DNA of 51,892 bases from Acidimicrobiales bacterium (GTDB lineage: Bacteria; Actinomycetota; Acidimicrobiia; Acidimicrobiales; UBA8592). Every line of letters begins with the position of its first letter. The first letter of the stretch is position 1. This document shows positions 30,319 through 43,266 of this stretch, piece by piece. The stretch is from NCBI GenBank assembly GCA_011523005.1, contig WTHU01000053.1, forward strand, positions 1-51,892, in the 5' to 3' direction. A program made the translations under genes and the position numbers. Below the pieces are notes generated by a model. The model was not told the origin of the DNA, did not search any database, and worked only from the letters and a program-made list of their open reading frames with translations.

Positions 30319-31572
30319 TTAATTCTCGCGAGTAATGTCGGCGCCAAGACTACTTAAGTTCTCAACAAGATTTTCATAACCTCTATCTATATGGGATGGA
30401 TCACGTATCTCTGTTTGGCCTTGCGCTCGCAAAGCCGCCACCACTAACGCTGCTCCGGCTCGTATGTCATGAGCGCGAACAGGAGCCCCTGATAAGTTCT
30501 CGACACCTCGTATCACTGCATGATGGCCTTCTGTTCGAATATCAGCTCCCATGCGGATCAATTCATCTATATATCTAAACCGTCCGCTAAATAAATTTTC
30601 TGTCACTATCCCAACACCCTCGGAAACTGCAAGCATCGCGACAAGAAATGGTTTGTAGTCTGTAGCTATACCCGGATACGGGAGAGTCGCTAGATCAACT
30701 GCTTTTAGTGTTTTATTAGCCATAACCCACAATCCATTAGAGTCAGCCGATATTCGCATTCCCATCTCGCCTACTTTTTGGCAGAGCATATCCATGTGGT
30801 CTGGCCTCGCACCGACTAGATTGATTTCACCTCCTGCGATACCAACTGCTGCGAGATACGTCGCTGCTTCAATTCTGTCAGGGACAACAGCGTGTTCCAC
30901 AGCTCCGAGTTTCTCAACACCTTCAATTACTATCGTTGACGTTCCAGCTCCTAGGACACTACTTCCCATACGATTAAGGAAAGAAGCTAGATCAGCTATC
31001 TCTGGCTCACGTGCCGCATTTTCAATAATCGTTGTGCCATCTGCCAAGACAGCAGCCATCATAATATTTTCAGTTGCACCAACACTGGGAAACTCCAAGA
31101 CAATGCGACTGCCTCGTAATCTCTCACAATGGCCATCAATGTACCCATGTTCTGATGCAAATTTTGCACCTAACATTTCAAGGCCTCGTAAATGCATGTC
31201 AATCGGCCTTGGGCCAAAATCGTCCCCACCCGGTAGCGCAACCCTAGCTTTTCCATACCTCGCTAGTAGGGGCCCTAATACGACTATGGAGGCTCTCATC
31301 TTTTCCACCAGTTCATATGGAGCCTCTGCTGTCAGGTTCCCAGGGTTTGTGATCTCAAGTGAATTCGTATCAACGCTTCTTACCGTCATTCCGAGTGAAA
31401 CTAATAACTCAGACATCAAACGAACATCAGTAATATCAGGAACATTAGTGAGAAAAAAAGTGCCTTCTGCCAACGAACAAGCCGCCATTACTTTAAGCGC
31501 AGAGTTTTTAGCTCCATTTATCTCAACATCTCCGTGCAGAGGTCCGCTTGGCTTAACAATAATGCGATCCAT
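30319..31572 (-). CDS. murA: UDP-N-acetylglucosamine 1-carboxyvinyltransferase
   Basis: GAKNSAL, MRASIVVLGPLLAR, LPGGDDFGPRPIDMH, SVGATEN and DIRAGA motifs. Confidence 0.97.
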   Translation of the reverse strand: MDRIIVKPSGPLHGDVEINGAKNSALKVMAACSLAEGTFFLTNVPDITDVRLMSELLVSLGMTVRSVDTNSLEITNPGNLTAEAPYELVEKMRASIVVLGPLLARYGKARVALPGGDDFGPRPIDMHLRGLEMLGAKFASEHGYIDGHCERLRGSRIVLEFPSVGATENIMMAAVLADGTTIIENAAREPEIADLASFLNRMGSSVLGAGTSTIVIEGVEKLGAVEHAVVPDRIEAATYLAAVGIAGGEINLVGARPDHMDMLCQKVGEMGMRISADSNGLWVMANKTLKAVDLATLPYPGIATDYKPFLVAMLAVSEGVGIVTENLFSGRFRYIDELIRMGADIRTEGHHAVIRGVENLSGAPVRAHDIRAGAALVVAALRAQGQTEIRDPSHIDRGYENLVENLSSLGADITREN

Positions 31573-31649
31573 TACCCAATTATGCTACGTGTAATTATCG
31601 TTTCCTCAAAAGTGCGATCTTTAGTGAAAAGCTGTTTAATCAAATAACC

Positions 31650-33161
31650 ATGACTATATTCAGGTACAAACGTTCGGTAGAGCACGAAGAGCTAAAAGAA
31701 ATCATCTGCGCTCGCTCTAATTCGTTGTTCAGCGAATACGAAGCAGGGCCTGGAATCTTCAAATTGGCTGAGGGACCCTTCATAAGTTATCAACGCACAG
31801 TAGATGTTGAAATGAACGAATCTGATTGTGAAGTAACAGAAACATTCTCCTACAAAATATCGGCGCCCTTTTGGCATTATTTACTTCACTTTCCGATGAA
31901 GCGGGCTCTAAAGAATTCTAATCACTCAAAGAAATTAAACGTCTGGTGGGCGCCGCCGAATCGCTTTGATGCTAAGACATCGCAAACGGTAAGTTTACTT
32001 TGCGTTGCTGCGATTGTTACTGGCTTTTTAGGTGCGCTGATCGGACAAACTGCAACGTTTGCGGCAGAAGAGTTTGGAGCGGGAGACAGAGCACAAGGGA
32101 TTCTTCTAGCTACGGTGCGAATTGGTGTATTACTTACAGTCTTTATTACGGCACTGGCTGATAAACGAGGAAGGAAGAAGCTGCTGGAATTCTCATTATA
32201 TGGAGGGTGTTTTCTGGCAGTTTTGAGCGCTGTGGCTCCAAATCTTTGGATCTTGGGCCTTACACAATCATTTGCTCGAGGCTTCGCTACTTCTATCAGC
32301 ATCTTAATAGGAATTATGGCAGCTGAAGCTGCCCCGAAAGGTAGTCGCGCTTACATTGCGGGTCTACTAACATTGTCAGCAGGTTTGGGGGCTGGGATAC
32401 CCGTCTGGATCCTCTTTCTTGCTGATCTTCATCTAAAGGGATGGAGATTGCTTTTTGCGACTGCGATAATATTTTTTCCAGCAATTCGCTGGATCCATCT
32501 AAACCTTGGTGAAAGTAAACGGTTTATAGCTCATATTGAAAACCACCAATTCAATAGTGGCAGAAAACAAAAGATCATTATCAAACGCGTTTTCTTTCTT
32601 GCCTCAGTTGCTTTCCTGCTTTTTCTATTTGTCTCACCCGCTAGCCAATTTAGAAATGAGTTCCTTCGAGACGAACGCGATTTCAGTGCTGCCAAAATAT
32701 CGCTCTTCTTATTGACTGCCTATACACCGCAAATTATTGGCGTTGCTATAGCTTCAAAGGTCTCAGATTTGAAAGGAAGGAAGCCTGTTGCCATGATCGC
32801 AGTAGGTATAGGAACGATACTGACGGTAGCAAGTTATAGCATCGCTGGCTTTAGCATGTGGCTAATCACGATGAGTGCTGGAATTATTTCGGCTGGTGCA
32901 GGACCATCTTTAGGCGTCTATAGCGCGGAGATGTTTGGGACGGGACGACGCGGTCAGGTTAACGGTCTTTTATCACTTACAGCAGTGACCGGTAGCGCTT
33001 TGGGGTTATTGATATGTGGTGACCTTGCCGAACGGTTTAATAGCTTTGGGGTGGCTTTTACGATTTTAGCAATCGGCCCTTTACTGGTAGTTCTAATTGT
33101 CTATTTTTTCTTTCCCGAATCTGCAAACCAAGAACTCGAAGATCTTAACCCTGATGATTGA
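31650..33161 (+). CDS. MFS transporter with an extra soluble N-terminal domain of about 100 aa
   Basis: ADKRGRKK and SDLKGRKP motifs, 12 TM segments, C-terminal FFPES; the first ~105 residues are hydrophilic. Confidence 0.85.
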   Translation: MTIFRYKRSVEHEELKEIICARSNSLFSEYEAGPGIFKLAEGPFISYQRTVDVEMNESDCEVTETFSYKISAPFWHYLLHFPMKRALKNSNHSKKLNVWWAPPNRFDAKTSQTVSLLCVAAIVTGFLGALIGQTATFAAEEFGAGDRAQGILLATVRIGVLLTVFITALADKRGRKKLLEFSLYGGCFLAVLSAVAPNLWILGLTQSFARGFATSISILIGIMAAEAAPKGSRAYIAGLLTLSAGLGAGIPVWILFLADLHLKGWRLLFATAIIFFPAIRWIHLNLGESKRFIAHIENHQFNSGRKQKIIIKRVFFLASVAFLLFLFVSPASQFRNEFLRDERDFSAAKISLFLLTAYTPQIIGVAIASKVSDLKGRKPVAMIAVGIGTILTVASYSIAGFSMWLITMSAGIISAGAGPSLGVYSAEMFGTGRRGQVNGLLSLTAVTGSALGLLICGDLAERFNSFGVAFTILAIGPLLVVLIVYFFFPESANQELEDLNPDD

Positions 33162-33163
33162 CT

Positions 33164-33727
33164 TTAACGAAGCGTATCTAACCATTTGACAACTAAGCCA
33201 GCAATCGTTTTGCTTTCTTTGGGGTCATGATTCTCCTTTTCTAGAATATGTAATTTAACTTCGGAAGGAATCTTACGTGCATAGTGTTCAAGTAAGTCTG
33301 GTGAACCAAACGGGTCTTTATCACCTGAGATAAAGATTGTTGGTCGTCGTATTTTATGCAAGTGACTGATACGAAGAGACTCTACTTTTCCTGGTGGATG
33401 CAAGGGATAGCTCAAAAGAGCGAGACCCCGGGACGGCAAACCTTCTGCTATAGCCATAGAAGCAGCCCTGCCGCCAAATGATCTTCCGCCGAGAACTAGA
33501 CTACTTTGAGGGACTCCGTTTAGATCAGCGAAATTAATAGATACTTGAATAATTTCTTTCACGATTTTCTCTATTCTCGGTGGTGGTCGTTTTTTGCCGC
33601 TTACTTGGCGGTAGGAGAAATTATGCCTGAGGACTGGAATTTTGCTTTGTCGCTCAATTTCAAGGAAAACAGGGTGATCTCTATTTCCCCCCGCACCGTG
33701 AAAAAGAATAATTCCTCTGGGTTTCAT
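33164..33727 (-). CDS. alpha/beta hydrolase (KANL3/Tex30-like)
   Basis: HGAG, nucleophile GGRSFGGR, LSYPLHPPG, GDKDPFG and a C-terminal His. Confidence 0.85.
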   Translation of the reverse strand: MKPRGIILFHGAGGNRDHPVFLEIERQSKIPVLRHNFSYRQVSGKKRPPPRIEKIVKEIIQVSINFADLNGVPQSSLVLGGRSFGGRAASMAIAEGLPSRGLALLSYPLHPPGKVESLRISHLHKIRRPTIFISGDKDPFGSPDLLEHYARKIPSEVKLHILEKENHDPKESKTIAGLVVKWLDTLR

Positions 33728-33746
33728 AGATCTTCCCGCTGTCTGA

Positions 33747-34448
33747 CTATCGGAGTAATATTCTTCTCGCTTCAGTTAACTCTTGTATTCTCTTCGCAAC
33801 GTCAACCTTAATGTCATCATCACCAGTATCAGGGTGAGTAGAGCGGAGAAGCTTTCGAAACTGTTTTTTTACCTCTTCATCATCAGGGTTTCTGCCTGAA
33901 ATACCTAAAACTTGCAATGCCCAACTCTCCGAACTTTCGTGCCCTAAATCAGCGACGAATTTATCATGTCGACTCAATAAGTAAGAAATGAAATCGGTCC
34001 CTACCTCACCTCTCCACTTAACAGCCTTGAGCATCAGGTTGACAACAGCCGGCCGGTCTTTGTAAGCGAACTGACTGATTGAATAAGCCGCAGCAAGAAT
34101 ATTCTGCTCAGCTGCTGCCTCGTTCAATTCAAAGATGAACCTATATTTTCCTTCAAATTCTCGAAGCTGATGGACAGTTCGAGCAAGTCCGATTTTGTCT
34201 TCTTGAAACCTATGGCGCAGACGTGGTTGAGAAATTCTTTCCCCACGTTGGAGTTGATAAAGCAATTTTTTATAGTCATCATAAAAATCTTCATCAATAT
34301 AGGGAATAAATCGCGCAACTATTCCTGCGAGCAAAACCGCTCCGTTCCCAGACCCTTTCTGTATCGGAAGATAGGTGTATCCAAGTGCAACGCGACGTGT
34401 TGGAGCATTTGTTCTTGAATGAAAGATTTCAAGTTCAGCTAAGAGCAT
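33747..34448 (-). CDS. C-terminal J-domain (DnaJ class C) protein
   Basis: WALQVLG...VKKQFRKLLRSTHPD...RIQELTEARRILL; the N-terminal domain is unknown. Confidence 0.8.
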   Translation of the reverse strand: MLLAELEIFHSRTNAPTRRVALGYTYLPIQKGSGNGAVLLAGIVARFIPYIDEDFYDDYKKLLYQLQRGERISQPRLRHRFQEDKIGLARTVHQLREFEGKYRFIFELNEAAAEQNILAAAYSISQFAYKDRPAVVNLMLKAVKWRGEVGTDFISYLLSRHDKFVADLGHESSESWALQVLGISGRNPDDEEVKKQFRKLLRSTHPDTGDDDIKVDVAKRIQELTEARRILLR

Positions 34449-34586
34449 GATTTTAGATTAGATGGGATTACCTTTTTTCAACGTGTCGAGAACTGAATAT
34501 TGAGAAAAAGCGATGTTTCCGCTGTAATACTTCGCTTTGTGGCTACGCCGGATGTAGCGTTTGGATTATACAAATTTGGAGTAGTT

Positions 34587-35579
34587 ATGAGTGAAACAAA
34601 ATCACCTGATCGAAACCTAGCCATGGAGCTAGTGCGTGTAACTGAAGCTGCTGCGATGGCAGCGGCCCGATGGATGGGAAGGGGGGATAAGGAAGGCGCA
34701 GATGATGCCGCAGTAAATGCGATGCGATTTGTCCTCCGTAGCGTAAATATGGATGGGGTTGTCATTATCGGTGAAGGAGAAAAAGATGAAGCGCCGATGC
34801 TCTACAATGGTGAAAAGGTTGGGAATGGCTCCTCTCCAAAGTGCGATGTTGCGGTAGACCCGATCGATGGAACAACTCTCACTTCACTTGGGAGGGGGAA
34901 TGCTATAGCTGTACTGGCAGTCAGCGAAGAAGGCACTATGTTTGACCCTGGACCTTGCGTCTACATGGAGAAGATTGCTGTAGGGCCATCAGCTAAAGGA
35001 CTTGTTGACATTAATGCATCGCCTACAAAAAATTTAGAAGCAATCGCATCAGCAAAAGGTGAATCAGTTCGAGATTTAACTGCTGTTGTCCTTGATCGAC
35101 CTAGACACGATGACTTAATATCAGAGCTTCGCGAAGCTGGCGCCAGAATACGGTTAATACCAGATGGGGACGTCGCTGGAGCGATATCAACAGCATGGCC
35201 TGATTCAGGAGCAGATATTTTATTCGGAATCGGCGGAACCCCTGAAGGTGTTATAGCAGCAGCGGCACTTAAGTGCATGGGAGGAGAACTTCAAGGCAAA
35301 CTTTGGCCAAGAAACGAAGAGGAACGTGCTCTTGCAATTGCGGAGGGATATGACTTGGAGAAGACCCTTACCGTAGATGATCTGGTGAGCGGGGACAACT
35401 GTTTCTTCGCCGCAACTGGCATAACTGATGGAGATTTACTTCGTGGTGTCCAATACGAACGCAACACGATTGTAACACAGTCCCTTGTTATGCGATCTAA
35501 GTCAGGAACAGTGCGGCTTGTAAATGCCCAGCATGCGCAAGATAAATTGAACGCTATTAGCGACATTAATTACAGTTAG
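34587..35579 (+). CDS. glpX: class II fructose-1,6-bisphosphatase
   Basis: [34 protein letters not shown] and GGTPEG; start placed at ATG 34587 after GGAG. Confidence 0.96.
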   Translation: MSETKSPDRNLAMELVRVTEAAAMAAARWMGRGDKEGADDAAVNAMRFVLRSVNMDGVVIIGEGEKDEAPMLYNGEKVGNGSSPKCDVAVDPIDGTTLTSLGRGNAIAVLAVSEEGTMFDPGPCVYMEKIAVGPSAKGLVDINASPTKNLEAIASAKGESVRDLTAVVLDRPRHDDLISELREAGARIRLIPDGDVAGAISTAWPDSGADILFGIGGTPEGVIAAAALKCMGGELQGKLWPRNEEERALAIAEGYDLEKTLTVDDLVSGDNCFFAATGITDGDLLRGVQYERNTIVTQSLVMRSKSGTVRLVNAQHAQDKLNAISDINYS

Positions 35580-35592
35580 AAAGAGGCATATT

Positions 35593-36444
35593 ATGGCAGA
35601 TTTGATGTCAAAAACAGCTCTAGTTACTGGGGGTGGAACGGGTATAGGTTTCGGTATAGCTGCCAAACTCATGGAAGCAAACGCGCAAGTCACCATTGCA
35701 GGAAGAAGAGAAGACGTCCTAAACGAAGCCGCTGAAAGGCTTGATGCGTCTGTTTCTTCGTCAGGCAACATAAAAGTAGTTTGCTGCGACGTAACTGATG
35801 CGCTGGCCGTAAGGAATGCTGTTGAAGTAGCTGCGAATAACAAGGGCGTCCTAGACATAGCTGTTGCTAATGCAGGAATCGGGGCTGGGGGACCCTTTTT
35901 AACCATGACCGATGAAACGCTGCGATCTGTTCTTGAAGTCAATGTGGTAGGAGCTTTTAATACAATACAGGCTGCTGCGGAGACGATGCGTTCATCTGGT
36001 GGTTCTATCATTGCGATCTCTTCAATAGCTGGAGCACTTGGAGGAAGGTTCAGAGCTGCTTATGCATCTAGCAAAGCAGCTCTTGACATGCTCGTCCGGA
36101 GTGCAGCGGACGAGCTAGGAGGATTTGGTATTCGCATTAATTCAATTCGTCCAGGCGTCGTAGAGTCAGAAGCAACGGCAATGATGTTTGAGCACATGCC
36201 TCATATCATTGACGACTATAAGAAAAATATGCCGTTAGGGCGTGTAGGAGAACCCGAAGAGGTAGGCGACGCAGTTGTATGGTTAGCAGGATCAGGAAGC
36301 TCTTGGGTAACTGGTCAAAATATTGCGGTTGATGGAGGACATACGCTCCGAAGAGCCCCCGATCTTGAGCCGGCTATCCGTGCTCGCATGGGTGACGAAG
36401 AGTATTCAAAACTTTCGAAACCTGGGTCTGGGCCCAATGGCTAA
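35593..36444 (+). CDS. SDR family oxidoreductase
   Basis: TGGGTGIG, ANAG, YASSK, INSIRPG and VDGG motifs. Confidence 0.92.
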   Translation: MADLMSKTALVTGGGTGIGFGIAAKLMEANAQVTIAGRREDVLNEAAERLDASVSSSGNIKVVCCDVTDALAVRNAVEVAANNKGVLDIAVANAGIGAGGPFLTMTDETLRSVLEVNVVGAFNTIQAAAETMRSSGGSIIAISSIAGALGGRFRAAYASSKAALDMLVRSAADELGGFGIRINSIRPGVVESEATAMMFEHMPHIIDDYKKNMPLGRVGEPEEVGDAVVWLAGSGSSWVTGQNIAVDGGHTLRRAPDLEPAIRARMGDEEYSKLSKPGSGPNG

Positions 36445-36450
36445 GGTCTT

Positions 36451-36843
36451 CTAAATTCCAGCTGAGGCTTCCAGTCGAACTTCAGCTCTATGGATAGCCG
36501 CCTCAGCATCGGCATTTGAAGGATCTGAAGCAAGGTCATTCTTCGCATTGTCTAAAGACGCTTTAGCCCGTTCAACATCGATGTCTTCAGCGAGCTCTGC
36601 AACGTCACATAAAAGCGCCACATGATTGTCTGAAACCTCCACGAAACCGCTGTGCACAGCTATTCTTTGCACACCGCCATCGCTGAGGGCTACACGCACT
36701 ACGGATGAGACAAGATTTCCTACAAATGGAACGTGCCCTGGTTGAAAGCCGATTTCCCCATCACTAGTACGTGCGATAACAAGCTCCGCATCTCCTTCAA
36801 AGACTACCCTCTCCGGTGAAACTAGCTCTATTCGCAATGACAT
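36451..36843 (-). CDS. atpC: ATP synthase epsilon subunit
   Basis: ELVSPER, GEIGFQPGH; last gene of the atp operon. Confidence 0.95.
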   Translation of the reverse strand: MSLRIELVSPERVVFEGDAELVIARTSDGEIGFQPGHVPFVGNLVSSVVRVALSDGGVQRIAVHSGFVEVSDNHVALLCDVAELAEDIDVERAKASLDNAKNDLASDPSNADAEAAIHRAEVRLEASAGI

Positions 36844-36872
36844 GAGTATTGATCCAATCGTGTGAAATATTG

Positions 36873-38342
<1,470 letters not shown>

Positions 38343-39290
38343 TTAAACTGCTATTTGTGTGTCGTCATTATCGTGTTGAGTAGTTTCATCGCTACTTCCG
38401 TCCCCTAGTGCTTCCGCGCCACCGACTATCTCCATAATTTCTGTGGTGATTGCATCTTGGCGTGCCCTATTCAACGCTCTACTTAGTTTTGTAATGAGTT
38501 CCTCAGCATTATCGGTAGCTGACTTCATTGCTCGTTGCCTGTTTGCATGTTCGGACGCTGAGGCATCAAGGAGCGCTGAGTAAAGGCGAGATTCAACGTA
38601 TCGGGGAAGGAGAGCTGATAGAACTCCTTCAGGTGAGGGTTCAAATTCGAAGAGCGCACGTGAATCAGCATCCCCTCCTCCTTCGGTTGCCACAGTTTGC
38701 ATTGATTCAAGGGGCAAGAACTTCCGAACTGCTACCCGTTGAGTTCCCATTGATACGAATTCTTGATAGGCAAGGATCACTTGGTCGACTGCTTCTGAGA
38801 CGAAAAGATCTCTTACTGTTGTAGCAACAACTCTTGCATCTTCATATGAAGGAGTGTCAGTCATTCCAGAAAAGGATGCTTCTATTTGGTAATTTCGAAA
38901 ACGGAAGTAGTCAGCGGCTTTCTTACCTACGAGCACGAGCTTGTATTCTTTTCCTTCCGTTTGAGCTGCCATAATTTCTTTCTCGGCTGCTCTTATCACT
39001 GATGAGTTGTAAGCCCCAGCGAGACCCCGATCAGAGGTTATAACGACAAAACCAATTGAAGATACCGTCTCGGAGGATCTTAGTAGAGGGTCATCAATAC
39101 CCACACCACCTGCAGCAAGGTCTTCAATGACTCCGGTCATTTTTGTGGAGTATGGGCGAGCAGCGTTTGCTCTGGTCATTGCCTTAACTACCCGGGTAGC
39201 GGCGATGAGTTCCATTGCGCGTGTAATTTGCTTCGTTGACTGGACTGAATTGATCCGTCTACGGAGTGCCCTCTCTTGACCACCCGGCAT
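38343..39290 (-). CDS. atpG: ATP synthase gamma subunit
   Basis: ITRAMELIA, SDRGLAGAYN and RARQDAITTEI motifs. Confidence 0.97.
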   Translation of the reverse strand: MPGGQERALRRRINSVQSTKQITRAMELIAATRVVKAMTRANAARPYSTKMTGVIEDLAAGGVGIDDPLLRSSETVSSIGFVVITSDRGLAGAYNSSVIRAAEKEIMAAQTEGKEYKLVLVGKKAADYFRFRNYQIEASFSGMTDTPSYEDARVVATTVRDLFVSEAVDQVILAYQEFVSMGTQRVAVRKFLPLESMQTVATEGGGDADSRALFEFEPSPEGVLSALLPRYVESRLYSALLDASASEHANRQRAMKSATDNAEELITKLSRALNRARQDAITTEIMEIVGGAEALGDGSSDETTQHDNDDTQIAV

Positions 39291-39293
39291 GTG

Positions 39294-40925
39294 TTAGTCC
39301 TCGCTATCCTGTCCCCGAGCTATATCAGTCTCTGGGAGGGTTGTGTCTGAGTCAACCATTTCGGTGTCTGCATCCGGTTGTTCTTGCGCTTCGACAGAGA
39401 TACCAGACGATCCATCTGAGGTTTCAAAGTTTTCTGCGTATGCAGTGATTATTGAATTTAGAGCATCTTCATCGACTGCGCCCGTGGAAACTATTTCAGA
39501 TAACAGACCTGAGTGCTGTGATTTGACGAGTTCTAAGAGGCCGTCTTCAAACCTGCCGACATCATCTACAGGAATATTGTCAAGGTACCCCTGAGTACCT
39601 GCAAATAAGGATACAACTTGCTCTTCCACTTTCATTGGCGAGTTGATTCCTTGTTTGAGAAGTTCTGTAAGTCGGTATCCCCTATCAAGTTGTGCTTGGG
39701 AGACAGCATCAAGATCTGAACCGAAAGCAGCAAATGATTCCAATTCACGGAATTGTTGCAAGTCAGATTTGAGCGTGCCTACTGCAGTCTTCATTGCTTT
39801 AATTTGAGCAGCTGAGCCGACTCGAGATACGGAGATACCTACATCCACTGCAGGACGTACACCAGATTTGAATAAGTCGTCTTGAAGGAAGATCTGACCG
39901 TCTGTAATCGAAATAACGTTTGTAGGGATATAGGCAGATACATCGCCCGCCTTGGTTTCAATTACAGGAAGTGCAGTGAGACTTCCGGCACCTAGATCGT
40001 CACTCAATTTAGCAGCGCGTTCAAGAAGTCGGCTGTGAAGATAGAAGACGTCACCAGGGTAAGCTTCGCGTCCTGGTGGCCGGCGAAGGAGTAGAGCCAT
40101 CTGCCTGTATGCTTCAGCCTGCTTAGAGAGGTCATCATAAACTACAAGTGCATGCTCACCGTTATCCATCCAATGTTGGCCAACTGCACAACCTGCGTAG
40201 GGTGCTAGGTATTTGAAGGGTGCTGGGTCTGACGCAGGAGCAACTACTACTACTGTGTATTCAAGTGCACCAAATTCTTCAAGAGTGGCTACTGTCTGTG
40301 CGACTGTAGATGCCTTTTGACCGATCGCAACATAGATACATTTAACTCCCAAACCCTTTTGGTTGATTATCGTGTCAATTGCAATAGTGGTCTTTCCAGT
40401 TTTCCTGTCACCAATGATCAACTCTCGTTGGCCTCTCCCAACAGGAATTAAAGAATCAATGGCTTTAATGCCAGTTTGCATTGGTTCATGAACAGGTTTC
40501 CTACCTGTAATACCGGGAGCCTGGACTTCCATTCGTCTGGATTGCGCTCCAGTTATTGCCCCTTTCCCGTCTATGGGGTCACCAAGAGCATTTACTACTC
40601 TTCCGAGCATTGCATCACCAACTGGCATTGAGAGAATTTCACCTGTTGAACGGACGGGTTGACCCTCTTCAATTTCCGTGGATTCGCCAAGAATTACAGC
40701 TCCAATAGTGTCCTCATCTAGGTTTAATGCCAAACCGACGATGCCACCTTCAAACTGCAGCATCTCGTTAACCGCTGCATCAGGTAAACCTGAGACTCTG
40801 GCGATACCATCCCCTACTTCGACAACCCGACCAACTTGGCCAGATGCCAGAGAAGGCTCAAAGCCATCTAGGTTTTTTCTGATTGCTGATGCAATGTCTT
40901 GTGTATTTATCGTGAGCTCTGCCAT
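39294..40925 (-). CDS. atpA: ATP synthase alpha subunit
   Basis: [23 protein letters not shown]; acidic C-terminal extension. Confidence 0.98.
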   Translation of the reverse strand: MAELTINTQDIASAIRKNLDGFEPSLASGQVGRVVEVGDGIARVSGLPDAAVNEMLQFEGGIVGLALNLDEDTIGAVILGESTEIEEGQPVRSTGEILSMPVGDAMLGRVVNALGDPIDGKGAITGAQSRRMEVQAPGITGRKPVHEPMQTGIKAIDSLIPVGRGQRELIIGDRKTGKTTIAIDTIINQKGLGVKCIYVAIGQKASTVAQTVATLEEFGALEYTVVVVAPASDPAPFKYLAPYAGCAVGQHWMDNGEHALVVYDDLSKQAEAYRQMALLLRRPPGREAYPGDVFYLHSRLLERAAKLSDDLGAGSLTALPVIETKAGDVSAYIPTNVISITDGQIFLQDDLFKSGVRPAVDVGISVSRVGSAAQIKAMKTAVGTLKSDLQQFRELESFAAFGSDLDAVSQAQLDRGYRLTELLKQGINSPMKVEEQVVSLFAGTQGYLDNIPVDDVGRFEDGLLELVKSQHSGLLSEIVSTGAVDEDALNSIITAYAENFETSDGSSGISVEAQEQPDADTEMVDSDTTLPETDIARGQDSED

Positions 40926-40927
40926 AT

Positions 40928-41455
40928 CTAAAACGCCTCTCGAAGTTGTTTAAGTCTTGTTCTGACTGTTCCATCGATTACTTCATCTTCGATCTGCACA
41001 AGCAGACCGCCCATTACTGACTCATCAATAATGATTTTCATTTCTACATCCTTACCTGTTGCAGACTTGAGTGCAGCCGCCAGCCTTTGCTGTTGGTCAG
41101 AAGATAAATCAACCACTGAGTAAACCTCAGCAACAGCTTTATCTCGTGATTCTGCTCCCAAACCGACTACCTTGTCAGCGATAGCTTTGATATCGCTTCC
41201 CATACCTGCTGCTACGATCATTGATACGAGCGCTACAGTGGTTTGGGTTGCTTGCCCGTCAAGAAGGTCCTCCACTATTTGCTGCCTCCGCGCCGAAGGT
41301 ATGGAAGCATCACTGAGAGTGGACTTTAATTCCTCAGAGGATTGAAGCACTTGCGAGAAACGGTATATCTCGTCTTCGACCTGTGCTCCATTGCTTTCCG
41401 CTGAAGCTACTGCCAATATTGCTTGGGCGTAACCTTGTATCTTTTCGTCTGACAT
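40928..41455 (-). CDS. atpH: ATP synthase delta subunit
   Basis: GYAQA..., DESVMGG...DGTV; operon position. Confidence 0.93.
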   Translation of the reverse strand: MSDEKIQGYAQAILAVASAESNGAQVEDEIYRFSQVLQSSEELKSTLSDASIPSARRQQIVEDLLDGQATQTTVALVSMIVAAGMGSDIKAIADKVVGLGAESRDKAVAEVYSVVDLSSDQQQRLAAALKSATGKDVEMKIIIDESVMGGLLVQIEDEVIDGTVRTRLKQLREAF

Positions 41456-41470
41456 CAGTTCCTCATGTTC

Positions 41471-42178
41471 CTAGTTAGAACCTACTTGGTTGATGTAATT
41501 TTCGATCAGGCGTGCCTGAGCTTCCGCATCAAGATTTGCCTCAACGACTCTTTCAGCTGCCCCGACAACTATTTCGGACACTTCACTTTGAAGGTCTCCC
41601 ATCGCTCTCTCTCTTGCAGTGTCAATATCTGCTGCAGCTTGTTCTTTCATTTCAGCAATTTCAGCTTCGGCTCTTTGCTGGAGGTCAGAGCGCAGTACTT
41701 CTGCTTGTTGACGAGCTTCCTCGATTACTGCTGCCGCTGCTGATTTCGCATCTGCAAGTTCAGCTTCATACTGAGATTTAACAGCTTGGGCTTCGGATTT
41801 AGCCTTATCAGCCTCATCCAAGTCTGTAGCTATCTTCTCAGATCGCTCGTTCATGATTTTTTGAACAGCAGGGAAGCCTTTCCATAGCATTAGAGCAAGT
41901 AGAACAACGAATGCGCCGCCACCCCAGATGACCTCATTGATTTCAGGAATAATCGGGCTGGGAGCTTCTATACAGCTGTCGAAGATCTCGCCGATCGCAT
42001 TGATATTTTCTTCTTGAGCGATGTTTTCAGGTGTTAAACCTAGTTCGCCATACTTCTCGACGTAGTCATCGACTGAACACTTTCCGAGGCTTTCGCCTGC
42101 CGCCATAGCGTTTCCACCTAGACCAAATGTTAAAATCAATCCGGCTAACACTGAAGCGAATATAAGTCGTTTCTTCAT
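41471..42178 (-). CDS. atpF: ATP synthase b subunit with an N-terminal signal-like/extracellular extension
   Basis: Start ATG 42178 (MKKRLIF...); core TM EVIWGGGAFVVLLALMLWKGFP followed by a coiled coil. Confidence 0.9.
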   Translation of the reverse strand: MKKRLIFASVLAGLILTFGLGGNAMAAGESLGKCSVDDYVEKYGELGLTPENIAQEENINAIGEIFDSCIEAPSPIIPEINEVIWGGGAFVVLLALMLWKGFPAVQKIMNERSEKIATDLDEADKAKSEAQAVKSQYEAELADAKSAAAAVIEEARQQAEVLRSDLQQRAEAEIAEMKEQAAADIDTARERAMGDLQSEVSEIVVGAAERVVEANLDAEAQARLIENYINQVGSN

Positions 42179-42206
42179 TTTATTTGTACCTTCGTGATTA
42201 TGTGGT

Positions 42207-43261
<1,055 letters not shown>

Positions 43262-43266
43262 GGCTC

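Noticed and set aside
30794-31594. 266-aa plus-strand ORF
   Set aside because: Antisense shadow of murA; no recognisable motifs.
34497-34560. Two small hairpins upstream of glpX (AAAGCGA/TCGCTTT and GCTAC/GTAGC)
   Set aside because: Short, with no known motif; could be chance in a divergent promoter region.
35502-36011. 169-aa minus-strand ORF, and the many other 60-180 aa ORFs overlapping assigned genes
   Set aside because: Antisense or off-frame shadows of well-supported genes.
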